64,000 bases of DNA from Candidatus Latescibacterota bacterium (GCA_965207885.1 OZ242311.1:1376001-1440000), one strand, 5' to 3'; positions 26,161-36,110 are shown, counted from the stretch's first letter. Translations and numbers: made by a program. The notes: generated by a model from the sequence alone, not told the origin.

Positions 26161-29100
26161 TTTCCGTCTCCCCTGTTAGTTGCTCCGAAATTAAAGCGTG
26201 AGCCTGCTCTTCCCCCACCAAATCTTTTAGACGACCGATCAATTCACCAATCCTCCCACTTACGAGAATGGCAAGACCTTGAACGGCTTCCCCATTGTCT
26301 TTCATATTCGCATCTGCGGACAGAGCAGATTCCTCTATACGTCGCACCACATTCTGAACTTCACGATCAAAATTCGCGATCGTGCTGTCATCCCACCGCG
26401 ATGTGGTTTTACCCGATAGCAAACTCGCCAGCGAATCTAAAAACAAAGCATCGGTCTCATAAGGCATCCGCATTCGAGACAGCAACCCCTTTGCAACACC
26501 ATCTGTCAACTGCATCACAAATTCTCGCGGAAAACACTCTGCCCAACGCCTCGCGCACTCGCGGATATTATCTTCTCGACCTCGCACCCCAATAGAAATT
26601 GCACGACGCAATGAAGTTGCAGCGTGTTTGCGAAAAATACCCACTACATCATCCAACTCTTGCTTATGCGTTACCAGAGCATTCAAAAATGCATCGCAAT
26701 CATCCAATGAATAGCCCAATAGCGCACCGGGAATCCGTTCAAACAGCAACTGCACGGGGTCCGACGACCGTTGAATCGCTGCCTGAAAACGACGTGCTCG
26801 TTCAGATACTTGCTTTGTCGTCAATGCAGCCGGGGGCAATTGCGCCTTCCATGCTTCCAGTGCATCGTAACACCGACGTATGAGATCGCCATCGGGCATC
26901 TGCCCTACGTGTTCGCCAGCAAAGCACTGATAAAACCCGAGCAAATAGTCGCGTTTGGACGTATCTATATCCAGCACAATCAATTGATAGTGATCTGGCT
27001 CGCGGCACAACTGCTCGATAACAGATGGCAATACATCGGCCACGTATTTACCCTCGTACGCCAAAGATAATGCACTCGGAAATGCCTTTAAGCCCGTCCC
27101 AAATAGAATGGGCAACAATCCAGCGCGAACCCCATAAGGCGGTGCCATAAGCGTATTGAAAAATCCCTGAATATCCTTCGGCTCTTTTGCAGGTGTTGTC
27201 AAAAATACGCGAACCTCATCCCAAACGCCTCTTAGCCCTTCGTCTTCTACTTCCTCGGACATCGCATAACGCCAGCGTCCATCATCGTCTTCTCTATATA
27301 ATCCTGTGTGCAACAACACCGTACGGAACATGGACGCATCCGGGTAATTACCCTCTATGCCCAGCATCTCCTGACCTGACCTCTCCAGCACACCGAGCAA
27401 CAGTTTTTTGCGGGAGTTCACAATGGTGGCTGCAGGCTTGTTACGCACGATGAGTTCATTATTGATCTTTGGCGTCAGAGGATATACTTGCTTTGCGATC
27501 TCAGATAAAGCACTGCGCAACGCGCTCGGACTCTGCACATCAAGCTCTGCCCCACGATAAAACCATCGTGGACCATTGGGCGCAGGATGCACGAGCCGAT
27601 CAATCAAACGCTGCATAAGCCCGCGCGCATCATCGGCCATCTGATGTAACTCGGGCACTACGAGAGGATCGGAATCGACAAGGTCGGCATCAAATTGCAT
27701 TTGGGACAGACACCAAACCTCAAGCGCGGCTTCAAACAGCGGTAGAGGTTCTCTCGGAATTGCCAGTATCACGCGGTCGTGATCCGAATGATTGCGTGCC
27801 GTATCCTCGGCATAATCCAACTCGCTATGTGTCTCAGCCGTTACATAAACAATTTTGCCATCACTCGCATCTTCAACATAATCTGTTTGAAACTCCGGAC
27901 TCAAAAATCCTCGTAAGGTACTCTGGTTTTGAAATTCACCGACAAAATACCGCCGAATACAAAACTCGTCATTATAACGCACAGGTCGCCAGGCGGGAGG
28001 ACGCACTTCTTCCGTCAGAAATTCCCATAACTCAAAGGTATCGCGATATCGATTCTTCTCTTCTTCCAATCGCCCCCGCAAATCCATATCCGTGCCATGC
28101 CACACAGCCACTTCATCACTGTGCTTGCGGTGGAGCAGCAACTTATGCTCAATCAAGCGATCAATTGTTGCAGTTTCACGCTTTGATTCAATATACCCTT
28201 TCAGGGCAAATTCCAAAAGGTCACGACCCGCACGTGACCGCTCTCCACTCGTGCCCAACCCCAACAAACACGCTATTTTCAACGCACTGACAGCATCTTC
28301 GTCGTGACCGACCTTTGTCAACGCACTTTGTGTTTCCAACCACTGCCGATACGTCCCCCCCACAGCAGAATCTGCACGCATATCTGGAGAGAAAAAATCG
28401 TAAAGCGCGTCGGGTTTCACAAAGGACGTAAAATCTACCTGGTAGAGAAAACTAAATAACGTGCGTTCATTTTGCGCCACACGCGCTGAAAGACGAGGCA
28501 ACAAATACAACGCAACAGGCTCAAGCGGACAAGAAAGTACAAATAAATCTGCCAATTCCTTCCTGGTAAAATCAGAAAAAATATCCAACTCACGGCACTG
28601 ATTAACAGCCCTTTGAATCGCTTTTTTGTCGATCTTATCGAATTGTGATCGGGCAGATACGGCTTCAGCAATCAGGCGATAAATCTCTTTGCTGTCATCG
28701 ATATACTGAATGGTCTGAAAACGCCCCTCAATTTTTCGCCATTCGGTTCGCACCGCCTGCGGCATACTACCTGCATATTGCAACAACTCCTGGTGCAACA
28801 ATAGCCCGAGTGTCACGGGAATGGCCTTAGACCGACTCACGAACTCGGCCAACGACTGAATTTCACTCAAAGCAGCGGAACGCCCTTCGGAAATCAATGA
28901 CTCAATATGGCGTCCAAACTCATCCCACAAAATCACAATCCGATCACAGCCTGATGCAAGCGCCTTATCCCGGACCGCGGCGAGCAATTCTATTGCCTGA
29001 TCAATCGTCTCACACGGCATGGCGTCAATCGCACGCGCTTGACGACCGAGCTTGATACGCCACATCCCCTTGAGTGCGGCATCTTTCAGGCTCGTACTTA

Positions 29101-29467
29101 AATCCCGACAATAGCCCTGCAATGCCAGCACAAGCCCATTGTCTTTCGCTTTGCGACGTTCTTTGGAAAACTTACCCAAATCTGGACTAACCACCTTCAA
29201 CTTGTCTTCAACAGTAGATAGTGTTTCATCGGCATCGGGACGATTTTCAACCAAATGCAACAAATAGGTCGCTGTAATTGATTTCCCCGTTCCATAGGGT
29301 GCGACCACAAAAAAGGCGCGATCAGGCATCTGTCCCGCGAGTGCCTTGAGCAGCGATACACTCTTCCCCGTTGGGCGATAGTGAGACACCCGCTCGGGAT
29401 AATTGGCATCGTATTGGATATTGATAGAGCGCAAAAACGCTTCAGCAGTCTGTTCATTATGCGGCAC
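26120..29467 (-). CDS. sspC: Large P-loop ATPase, SspC-like
   Basis: APYGTGKS Walker A, ILWDEFGR Walker B, EWRKIEGRF, QNERTLFSFL; overlaps both neighbouring genes. Confidence 0.72.
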   Translation of the reverse strand: MPHNEQTAEAFLRSINIQYDANYPERVSHYRPTGKSVSLLKALAGQMPDRAFFVVAPYGTGKSITATYLLHLVENRPDADETLSTVEDKLKVVSPDLGKFSKERRKAKDNGLVLALQGYCRDLSTSLKDAALKGMWRIKLGRQARAIDAMPCETIDQAIELLAAVRDKALASGCDRIVILWDEFGRHIESLISEGRSAALSEIQSLAEFVSRSKAIPVTLGLLLHQELLQYAGSMPQAVRTEWRKIEGRFQTIQYIDDSKEIYRLIAEAVSARSQFDKIDKKAIQRAVNQCRELDIFSDFTRKELADLFVLSCPLEPVALYLLPRLSARVAQNERTLFSFLYQVDFTSFVKPDALYDFFSPDMRADSAVGGTYRQWLETQSALTKVGHDEDAVSALKIACLLGLGTSGERSRAGRDLLEFALKGYIESKRETATIDRLIEHKLLLHRKHSDEVAVWHGTDMDLRGRLEEEKNRYRDTFELWEFLTEEVRPPAWRPVRYNDEFCIRRYFVGEFQNQSTLRGFLSPEFQTDYVEDASDGKIVYVTAETHSELDYAEDTARNHSDHDRVILAIPREPLPLFEAALEVWCLSQMQFDADLVDSDPLVVPELHQMADDARGLMQRLIDRLVHPAPNGPRWFYRGAELDVQSPSALRSALSEIAKQVYPLTPKINNELIVRNKPAATIVNSRKKLLLGVLERSGQEMLGIEGNYPDASMFRTVLLHTGLYREDDDGRWRYAMSEEVEDEGLRGVWDEVRVFLTTPAKEPKDIQGFFNTLMAPPYGVRAGLLPILFGTGLKAFPSALSLAYEGKYVADVLPSVIEQLCREPDHYQLIVLDIDTSKRDYLLGFYQCFAGEHVGQMPDGDLIRRCYDALEAWKAQLPPAALTTKQVSERARRFQAAIQRSSDPVQLLFERIPGALLGYSLDDCDAFLNALVTHKQELDDVVGIFRKHAATSLRRAISIGVRGREDNIRECARRWAECFPREFVMQLTDGVAKGLLSRMRMPYETDALFLDSLASLLSGKTTSRWDDSTIANFDREVQNVVRRIEESALSADANMKDNGEAVQGLAILVSGRIGELIGRLKDLVGEEQAHALISEQLTGETENGNAQGSTGKLAG

Positions 29468-30371
29468 GACGGTCTCCTCGTTCCAAATCTGCGTAATAGT
29501 TCCGCAACCAATCGAGAGGTTTTTTCTTAGTCACTCGAATCATACGACTACCAGCCAGGCCAGCAATCTGAATCTCCCGCGCCCCCAGAGTGGCTTCAAC
29601 CTGTGAGGTTAAGTCAAACAACGATTCACTTGTCAACACAAATGCTCGCCCGGGGCCACCGGGTTGTCGCGCAGCCTGAAGTAGCGGAATATCTACGGTC
29701 CCCTCACCTTCAGTCAAGTCTGGAAAAGCCTGAGCCAGAGCATAACCAAACAAATGAGGAGGCACATCCTTCATACCCTGATGTAATTGATAATATCCCG
29801 ACATCCGAAAATGGTTCAACAACCCCAATTCGACAAATGGACATTCCCGCGCTTCTTCTGGATCATCGTGCTCAACGGGAATCACGCGTCCATAGCTGGC
29901 CAGCATACATGCGAGATCGCGTTCCAAAGTCGATGTCCTGGGAGAACGGACCCCCGACATAAGCACATGCCGGCGTAAACTCTCCAAGCACACCGACCGA
30001 TCAAATCGGTGCAAATTAAAATGGTTGAAGAACCATTTCCAAGTATATACCTGTGTCTTGGGGGCAACCAGATTTAGATGCAAAGCCCACCATGTCCCTG
30101 CTTCATTAAAATAGCGATCACGCTCATAAATAAGCCTACCAAGTTCTGTTTCTTCCAACGGGGACTGACGCCCATTACCTGTCACGCGCTCAGCCAATCC
30201 CGTTACCACCAGCCAATGACGAATAGAACGAGACATATTTTTTCCAACGCCGAGCCAATCGGCAACATATTCATCATATAGCAACTCGGGATCCTCAATG
30301 AGTAGCTTAAGCCCTTTGTGAAGCCATCCCTCTCGAATTGCAAAAGTTTCGTGTCCACTAAATTTCATCAT
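29457..30371 (-). CDS. sspB: DUF4007 family protein, SspB-like
   Basis: FSGHETFAIREGWLHKG, LGVGKNM..SIRHWL, DRYF...TWWALH, CPFVELGL. Confidence 0.8.
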   Translation of the reverse strand: MMKFSGHETFAIREGWLHKGLKLLIEDPELLYDEYVADWLGVGKNMSRSIRHWLVVTGLAERVTGNGRQSPLEETELGRLIYERDRYFNEAGTWWALHLNLVAPKTQVYTWKWFFNHFNLHRFDRSVCLESLRRHVLMSGVRSPRTSTLERDLACMLASYGRVIPVEHDDPEEARECPFVELGLLNHFRMSGYYQLHQGMKDVPPHLFGYALAQAFPDLTEGEGTVDIPLLQAARQPGGPGRAFVLTSESLFDLTSQVEATLGAREIQIAGLAGSRMIRVTKKKPLDWLRNYYADLERGDRRAA

Positions 30372-31549
30372 CCCACCTCTGCTGAAAGCGACAACCGTCG
30401 CCGACTAAACCTCCGCAATTGTTCACACAACCACGCCAGATGTGCAACCGTATCATCGACATCTTCAACCGTATTAAACTCCGAAAAACTAAATCGGATA
30501 CTCGCATAAGCCTCGGATTCAGACAGGCCCATAGCTCGCAACACATACGAAGGCTCGGGTCGCTGATTGGTACATGCCGAACTCTGTGAACAGCGAATCC
30601 CTTCCTGGTCCAACCGTGCCACGAGTGCCTGACCATCCACATCTCGAAAAAGCAAATTCGTCGCATTGCAAACTCGCATATCGGGATCGCCATTGATCTC
30701 GACATCGGGCACGCGATCAATGACTGATTGCTCAAAATCATCTCGAAGCGAAGCCATAAGCCCCTGTATATCCTCTAATCGCTCCAACCGCAACTGAGCC
30801 GCGGTTCCCATGCCAATAATACCCGGCACATTCTCCGTCCCTGGTCGCAACCCACCTTCTTGCGATCCGCCCCAAAGCAATGGCAATAACTCTTTGGACG
30901 ACCTTACATAAAGTGCCCCAATTCCCTGTGGCCCGTGGAATTTGTGCGCTGTAAAAGTTAAAAAATCAATGGGCAGTTCTGTTATAGAAACGGGCAGTTT
31001 ACCAACAGCCTGCGCCGCATCAGTGTGAAATAACACCCCTCGAGATTGACAAAGCCGAGCAACCCGCTCAATGGGCAAAATCGCGCCTGTTTCATTATTC
31101 ACCCACTGCACAGAAACCAGATCAGTATCTGGCGTAATAGCCTCATCCAATGCTTCCCAAGCCAACTGCCCGCAACGATCCACCGGAACAGATACCACTT
31201 CAACGCCTCTTGCGCCGAGATAGTCACACATCTTCACAATTGACGAGTGTTCTACGGTCGTCGTCACAATGCGAACCCGTTTTTCGGTTGGGGCACGTTG
31301 AACAACAGAATTAAACACCGTGTTATTTGCCTCCGTTCCACTCCCCATAAACACAATCTGATCGGCCTCAGCCCCCACCAACTGTGCAACGGCTTCACGC
31401 GCTGCAACCATTGCTTCGCGCACCCGATCACCAGCCGAATGTGCGCTCGACGGATTGCCAAAATCCTCGCCCATTACACGCATCATTGTTTCGCGCACCT
31501 CGGGCAAAGGCTTTGTTGTCGCATTATTGTCTAAATACACTTCTCTCAT
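30368..31549 (-). CDS. sspA: Cysteine desulfurase (IscS/DndA/SspA-like)
   Basis: YLDNNATT, GNPSSAH, GTEANN, HTDAAQAVGK, AHKFHGP, RPGTEN, SSACT; ATGA overlap with the DUF4007 gene. Confidence 0.85.
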   Translation of the reverse strand: MREVYLDNNATTKPLPEVRETMMRVMGEDFGNPSSAHSAGDRVREAMVAAREAVAQLVGAEADQIVFMGSGTEANNTVFNSVVQRAPTEKRVRIVTTTVEHSSIVKMCDYLGARGVEVVSVPVDRCGQLAWEALDEAITPDTDLVSVQWVNNETGAILPIERVARLCQSRGVLFHTDAAQAVGKLPVSITELPIDFLTFTAHKFHGPQGIGALYVRSSKELLPLLWGGSQEGGLRPGTENVPGIIGMGTAAQLRLERLEDIQGLMASLRDDFEQSVIDRVPDVEINGDPDMRVCNATNLLFRDVDGQALVARLDQEGIRCSQSSACTNQRPEPSYVLRAMGLSESEAYASIRFSFSEFNTVEDVDDTVAHLAWLCEQLRRFSRRRLSLSAEVG

Positions 31550-31640
31550 GATCAACTCTCATTAAAAGCAAAATTCGTACCAAAAATCGAAACTTTTTCT
31601 AAATCCCTGTAAATTTTCGATCTAAGACCACCGACAAATT

Positions 31641-31907
31641 TCAGACCCTGGACAAATCAGAGCGGTTATGGTTAAAAAGTTTCAACTGATTTGCATCGGA
31701 TTGATCAATAGGTTCAATTCGATTGGCAAACTGGCGAATCTCTTCCGCCTCAGCAGAAGTGAAGAGAATTTGCCGACCACGATACCGATGTCCAGCAGGA
31801 ACTTTGCCTTCATTCCGCCATCGCCAAAGCGTTTGGCGCGACACATTCAAAGCATCTATGACCTCGGTTGCTGAATAATAGGTGATACTGTCAATCTGAA
31901 TCGGCAT
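31641..31907 (-). CDS. Small excisionase/MerR-like helix-turn-helix DNA-binding protein
   Basis: YYSATEVIDALNVSRQTLWRWRNEGKVP...RGRQILF; sits upstream of the ssp-like genes on the same strand. Confidence 0.75.
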   Translation of the reverse strand: MPIQIDSITYYSATEVIDALNVSRQTLWRWRNEGKVPAGHRYRGRQILFTSAEAEEIRQFANRIEPIDQSDANQLKLFNHNRSDLSRV

Positions 31908-32091
31908 ATCGATGTCTCGCAGTGTCTTAAAGCGTTACGTATGTCTCTTTATGTAACATGCAGTTCTATGCTAAGACTCAAATATGCTACTGTCAACAAC
32001 AATATGCACTGATTAACTGCTCAAATGTTCAGTAAAATATAATCAAGGAATTGAAATTCCGCAAGTTGACAGGCAAATCAACACACGGCTG

Positions 32092-32146
32092 CTAAAAAAC
32101 AAAAGCCCAATGGATAACTGGATCCACCGGGCTTTTTTATTTTCAT
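32092..32146. repeat. Hairpin repeat (copy C), right flank of the ssp-like island; likely terminator of the permease gene
   Basis: CTAAAAAACAAAAGCCCAATGGATAACTGGATCCACCGGGCTTTTTTATTTTCATT. Confidence 0.65.
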
Positions 32147-32155
32147 TATACCAAT

Positions 32156-34612
32156 CTACTCATGCCGCAACGCTTCCACTGGATTGGACACAGCCGCGCG
32201 AAGGGCGTGGAAACTCACAGTAAACAACGCAATCGCCAGGGCAACCGCGCCACTCAACACAAATATCCACCACGAAAGATCCGTGCGATAGGCAAAACCC
32301 TCCAGCCAACTTCGCATGGCAAAATACGCAATCGGCCAAGCAAACAAATTCGCAATCAAAACCATAATGGCAAATGTCCTGGAAATCAGCATCACAATAT
32401 TTGACACACTCGCACCCAACACCTTGCGCACTCCAATCTCTTTCACGCGCTGCTCAACTGTAAATGCCGCAAGGCCAAAAAGCCCCATACACGCGAGCAA
32501 AATTGCCATCCCCGAAGAGAGCAATGTCAGCGCCTGCGCCCGTTGTTCTGCAGAGTACATATATTCAAACTGCTGATCCCACATCATATATTCAAAAGGC
32601 TGCTCTGCGGGAGCGAATCGCTTCCAGGTCTTTTCAAAAAAAGCGAGCGTCTCTTCTATGCCTTCGGCTTTGACGCGCACGCCCAAACTGTAAAATTGCT
32701 GGTGCCGAAGCGTCAGCGCAACAGGCCCAATTTCTTCTTGCAACGGACCGTAGTGAAAGTCTTTCACAACACCAACCACCGTCCCCTTTCGGTTTCTCTC
32801 TCGATCAACCCACTCAAAAGACTTGCCAATAGGATCGTCCCAGCCGAGCCGCGCAACCGCTGTTTCATTGATGATAAAAGCTTTTGACGTATCTGTGGGA
32901 AATGCAATAGGATCAAATTTGCGCCCTTCTACCAGTTCGATTTGAAACACGTCGAGATAATCTTCATCGACCTCCAAGAGAGGCATACGCCAATCCGTGC
33001 CCTCGTGCCCCTCTGCCCGAATGGTTCGGGTAATACCCCCACTCCAACCAACCCGCCAGCGATACGCCGTTGCTTCGAGCGCGTTCGGATGGGCGAGGAA
33101 TGCCTCTTTCACCGTCGCATAACGGGCGGCGAGCTTTTGCCCCGGATCCAATTTTGTTTCCTGGTCAAGAACAAATATGGGCATGAGAACCATCTGCTCC
33201 ATATTAAGACCCAGATGCTTATTTTTAATATAATCGAGTTGCTGATAGATCACTCCCGTACTCGCGAGCAGCGTAATTGAAATTGCAAATTGCGCCACCA
33301 CCAATCCTCTTCGAATCCACTGCCCCCGAGAACCCGCGCGAAACGCTCCCTTTAGCGTTTCTGTGGGTTCATACGCCGAAAGAAAAAATGCGGGATAGAC
33401 GCCAGCCAACAGCCCGACTAATACGGCAATACCAATCAGGGCAATTGCGAGCAACGGATCACTCGACAAATTCAACTCGATCTGCTTAAAGAAAAAGGCA
33501 TTAAACTCGGGAAGCACGAGTTCGACGGCACTAAGCGCGAGCACAAGCGCGACCAATGAAGTGAGAACAGATTCGCCCAAAAACTGCCCCATCAGTTGTG
33601 AACGATACGCACCTGACACCTTTCGCAAACCCACCTCGTGTGCCCTGCGAGCCGATTGTGCCGTAGTCAAATTTGTAAAATTGATACATCCAATTGCGAG
33701 CACCAGCACTGCAATAGCCCCAAATTGATAGACGCGGTCAATATCGCCGTACCAATCCAGATTGTAATCCTGCCTCGAATAAAGATGAATGTGATTGAGA
33801 GGCTGGAGATGATACGCATTTGTGCGCGCGATCTCTGCCCCCATATAGCGATCAATCAATTCGGGAAATTTTGCGGACAGTGCCTTTGGATCCGCCCCTT
33901 CTCGCAGCAGAAAATACGTATTGACGGGACGCCAACCATCGGTTGGTATCCAATCTTCCCAGAGATATTTCGCGCCTTCGGACGAGAAACTGCCTGTTCC
34001 GATATAATCGATATAATCGGTTTCTCCGTAGCGGCTGAGTGTAGAGTTGCGGGGCACATCTTTTATTAAAGCAGTGATAGTGCGCTCGCCTCCGTGATGC
34101 TTGCTTTCAGAGGTGATGGTCTTGCCAATCGGGTCTTCGTCTCCAAATAACCGCTTTGCTGCTGATTCTGTTATAGCAATAGCATTGGGATTGAGAAATG
34201 CAGTTTCGAGATTGCCGCGCACAAATGGAAAATCGAAAATTTCAAACAACTCGGGATCGGCAATACAGATACTCAGTGGAAATTCTTTTTCTCCCAGGCT
34301 TACGTCTATGAAATCAATCCATACGCGCACGGCTTTCTCCACCTCGGGAAAGTCCCGCTCAAGTGCCCCTGCCAGTGCGCCCGACGTATCGGGCAAATAA
34401 TTCGATTGTCCCCCAGCCTTAGTCTCCCGCATCACGCGATAAATCCGATCTCCTTTTGCATGCCAACTGTCAAAACTCAACTCATCCTGAATATAGAGCA
34501 CGATCAAAATGCACGTAGCCAGACCAATGGCAAGCCCCAAAATATTAATCGCGCTAAAGGTCTTTTGCCGCTTGAGATTTCTCAGCGCGATAATCAGGTA
34601 ATTTCTAAACAC
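32156..34612 (-). CDS. MacB/FtsX-family duplicated-domain ABC permease without an adjacent ATPase
   Basis: MFRNYLIIALRNL...INILGLAIG, CINFTNL...EVGLRKVSGA, LVVAQF, KEIGVRKVLGAS, NPVEALRHE. Confidence 0.88.
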   Translation of the reverse strand: MFRNYLIIALRNLKRQKTFSAINILGLAIGLATCILIVLYIQDELSFDSWHAKGDRIYRVMRETKAGGQSNYLPDTSGALAGALERDFPEVEKAVRVWIDFIDVSLGEKEFPLSICIADPELFEIFDFPFVRGNLETAFLNPNAIAITESAAKRLFGDEDPIGKTITSESKHHGGERTITALIKDVPRNSTLSRYGETDYIDYIGTGSFSSEGAKYLWEDWIPTDGWRPVNTYFLLREGADPKALSAKFPELIDRYMGAEIARTNAYHLQPLNHIHLYSRQDYNLDWYGDIDRVYQFGAIAVLVLAIGCINFTNLTTAQSARRAHEVGLRKVSGAYRSQLMGQFLGESVLTSLVALVLALSAVELVLPEFNAFFFKQIELNLSSDPLLAIALIGIAVLVGLLAGVYPAFFLSAYEPTETLKGAFRAGSRGQWIRRGLVVAQFAISITLLASTGVIYQQLDYIKNKHLGLNMEQMVLMPIFVLDQETKLDPGQKLAARYATVKEAFLAHPNALEATAYRWRVGWSGGITRTIRAEGHEGTDWRMPLLEVDEDYLDVFQIELVEGRKFDPIAFPTDTSKAFIINETAVARLGWDDPIGKSFEWVDRERNRKGTVVGVVKDFHYGPLQEEIGPVALTLRHQQFYSLGVRVKAEGIEETLAFFEKTWKRFAPAEQPFEYMMWDQQFEYMYSAEQRAQALTLLSSGMAILLACMGLFGLAAFTVEQRVKEIGVRKVLGASVSNIVMLISRTFAIMVLIANLFAWPIAYFAMRSWLEGFAYRTDLSWWIFVLSGAVALAIALFTVSFHALRAAVSNPVEALRHE

Positions 34613-34711
34613 AATAGCCCTCCCCTGTTACAAGCAGAACGAATTAAAAACTATTAACCCATTAGACACACCTGGTAAATAATGGGGTGGAAAGTTTTCC
34701 ATCCCAAGAGG

Positions 34712-34730
34712 AAGCAATTTCTGTGCCAAA
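34712..34730 (-). promoter_or_regulatory. sigma54 (-24/-12) promoter of the permease gene
   Basis: Minus strand TTTGGCACAGAAATTGCTT, a consensus TGGCAC-N5-TTGC match about 100 nt upstream of the start. Confidence 0.8.
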
Positions 34731-34792
34731 ATCCTCTTCTCTATGTTTTACAAGGAGTTATAAAAATTAGTGCCATGGGCACAGTTCAATAA

Positions 34793-34831
34793 GTGTCCGA
34801 TTTTGATACAGTAGTGTCCGAAAATGAACAC
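34793..34831. promoter_or_regulatory. Tandem enhancer-like boxes upstream of the sigma54 promoter
   Basis: GTGTCCGATTTTGATACA-gta-GTGTCCGAAAATGAACAC. Confidence 0.55.
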
Positions 34832-34833
34832 CT

Positions 34834-34874
34834 AAAATAAAAACAGACACATTGTTTTTATTTCAATGTGCCTG
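34834..34874 (-). terminator. Intrinsic terminator (minus strand)
   Basis: Stem CAGACACATTG / CAATGTGCCTG with AAAATAAAAA on its left (a T-run on the minus strand). Confidence 0.55.
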
Positions 34875-34902
34875 CTGTATTATCCGTTTTAAACCACACA
34901 AC

Positions 34903-36099
34903 CATAGTACACGACAAAACCTAAATCGGGTTAAAATCTGGCGGATTAATCAGTAAACGAATGCATTTGAGGAACTGCTGGGCTTGTTGGTGTATATTGA
35001 GCAGGACATACTGCAAATAGTCCAACCCATATCGGAAGAGACTTTTTTCCATCCGTCCGTGGTTTTTGACCTTCAAAGGTTTTGTAAGGGCGATCCATTC
35101 GCCGATGATATGGGCCCAGGTGCAGGCAATAGCCAAAAGCGCGATGAGTTTTTCAATGCGATCTTGATGTATAAGGTGGGTCTCTTCCAGATTAAATCCT
35201 CGACTTTTCAAATTTGCAAAAAGGACTTCAATGCCCCAACGTTTTTTATACACCTCCAATGCGACTTGACGTTGTTGGTTGCTTGCAAGAATGAGGTATT
35301 GATCCTTCAATCTTAGCGCAGACACATACACAGGTAGGTCATAAACGCGGCGAGGTCTTTGTAGGCTGACCTGCTGATGGATGTGCAAATTTTCAAAGAG
35401 TTTTTTTATGGGTATCTCTCTATCTGCCCTTGAGACAAGGGCATTTTCCTTGATGCGGATGACAAAAGGGATGTTTTGTGTGTCTAACCACGCAAACCAT
35501 TCTCTTCCAATGAATTCTCTATCTGCCAATACAACGCGGATATGAGACTTGGGAATGCGCGTAAGCACCTGTTTCATCAAATTGATACGCTCATCACTAT
35601 TGGAATTGCCTCGTTTTTTTAACAAGTGCCAACACATAGGAAAGGCGACCCCTTCATAGATAATGCCTGCGGTTAGGATGTTGATATTGAATTTGCCTAA
35701 CTTCCAATTAGTGCGATCTATTGAGACTGCAAAATCGGTCTTTATAGGTAATAAGTGCAAGATCAGTCGCGTCACGGCTTCATAAGGAATGTCAAACTCA
35801 GCGAAAAAACGCTGTATCCTGCGGTAATTTGATTGCGGTTTGACCTGTCCATTTAGCGCATTAGCCAATTTGGCGAAGTTGACCCTGCTCAGCTTGACCA
35901 AAGACAAGATGAAGGCCGCTGTGAAAGTGATGCGTGCTTTATGCCACCCAAAATGGCCTTGCAATACATGGTGAAGTTGTATAACTTGACGAGACATAGA
36001 CCTGTGCCTTGTTGAGATGAGAAGGTTCGTTTTCACACATTCAAACCTAACTCTTTTTCACGTTTTGCACAGGTCTTTTATTTTTTGTCGTGTACTTTA
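34903..36099 (-). mobile_element. Complete IS4-family insertion sequence (IS10-like) with a 9-bp target-site duplication
   Basis: Inverted repeats AGTACACGACAAAA (34906-34919) and TTTTGTCGTGTACT (36083-36096); direct repeat CCACACAAC at 34894-34902 and 36100-36108. Confidence 0.92.
34921..36036 (-). CDS. IS4-family DDE transposase
   Basis: SIDRTNWK, LADREF, YKKRWGIEVLFANLK (YREK motif), GFNLEETH. Confidence 0.92.
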   Translation of the reverse strand: MKTNLLISTRHRSMSRQVIQLHHVLQGHFGWHKARITFTAAFILSLVKLSRVNFAKLANALNGQVKPQSNYRRIQRFFAEFDIPYEAVTRLILHLLPIKTDFAVSIDRTNWKLGKFNINILTAGIIYEGVAFPMCWHLLKKRGNSNSDERINLMKQVLTRIPKSHIRVVLADREFIGREWFAWLDTQNIPFVIRIKENALVSRADREIPIKKLFENLHIHQQVSLQRPRRVYDLPVYVSALRLKDQYLILASNQQRQVALEVYKKRWGIEVLFANLKSRGFNLEETHLIHQDRIEKLIALLAIACTWAHIIGEWIALTKPLKVKNHGRMEKSLFRYGLDYLQYVLLNIHQQAQQFLKCIRLLINPPDFNPI

Positions 36100-36110
36100 C
36101 CACACAACAT

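Noticed and set aside
23622-31549. Classical dndABCDE or type 4 BREX
   Set aside because: No SMC-like DndD or DndE, and no PglZ or BrxL. DUF4007 and PAPS reductase are separate genes in sspA-B-C-D order.
31641-31907. Prophage or ICE inferred from the excisionase-like gene
   Set aside because: No integrase, tRNA target, or phage/conjugation genes in the window.
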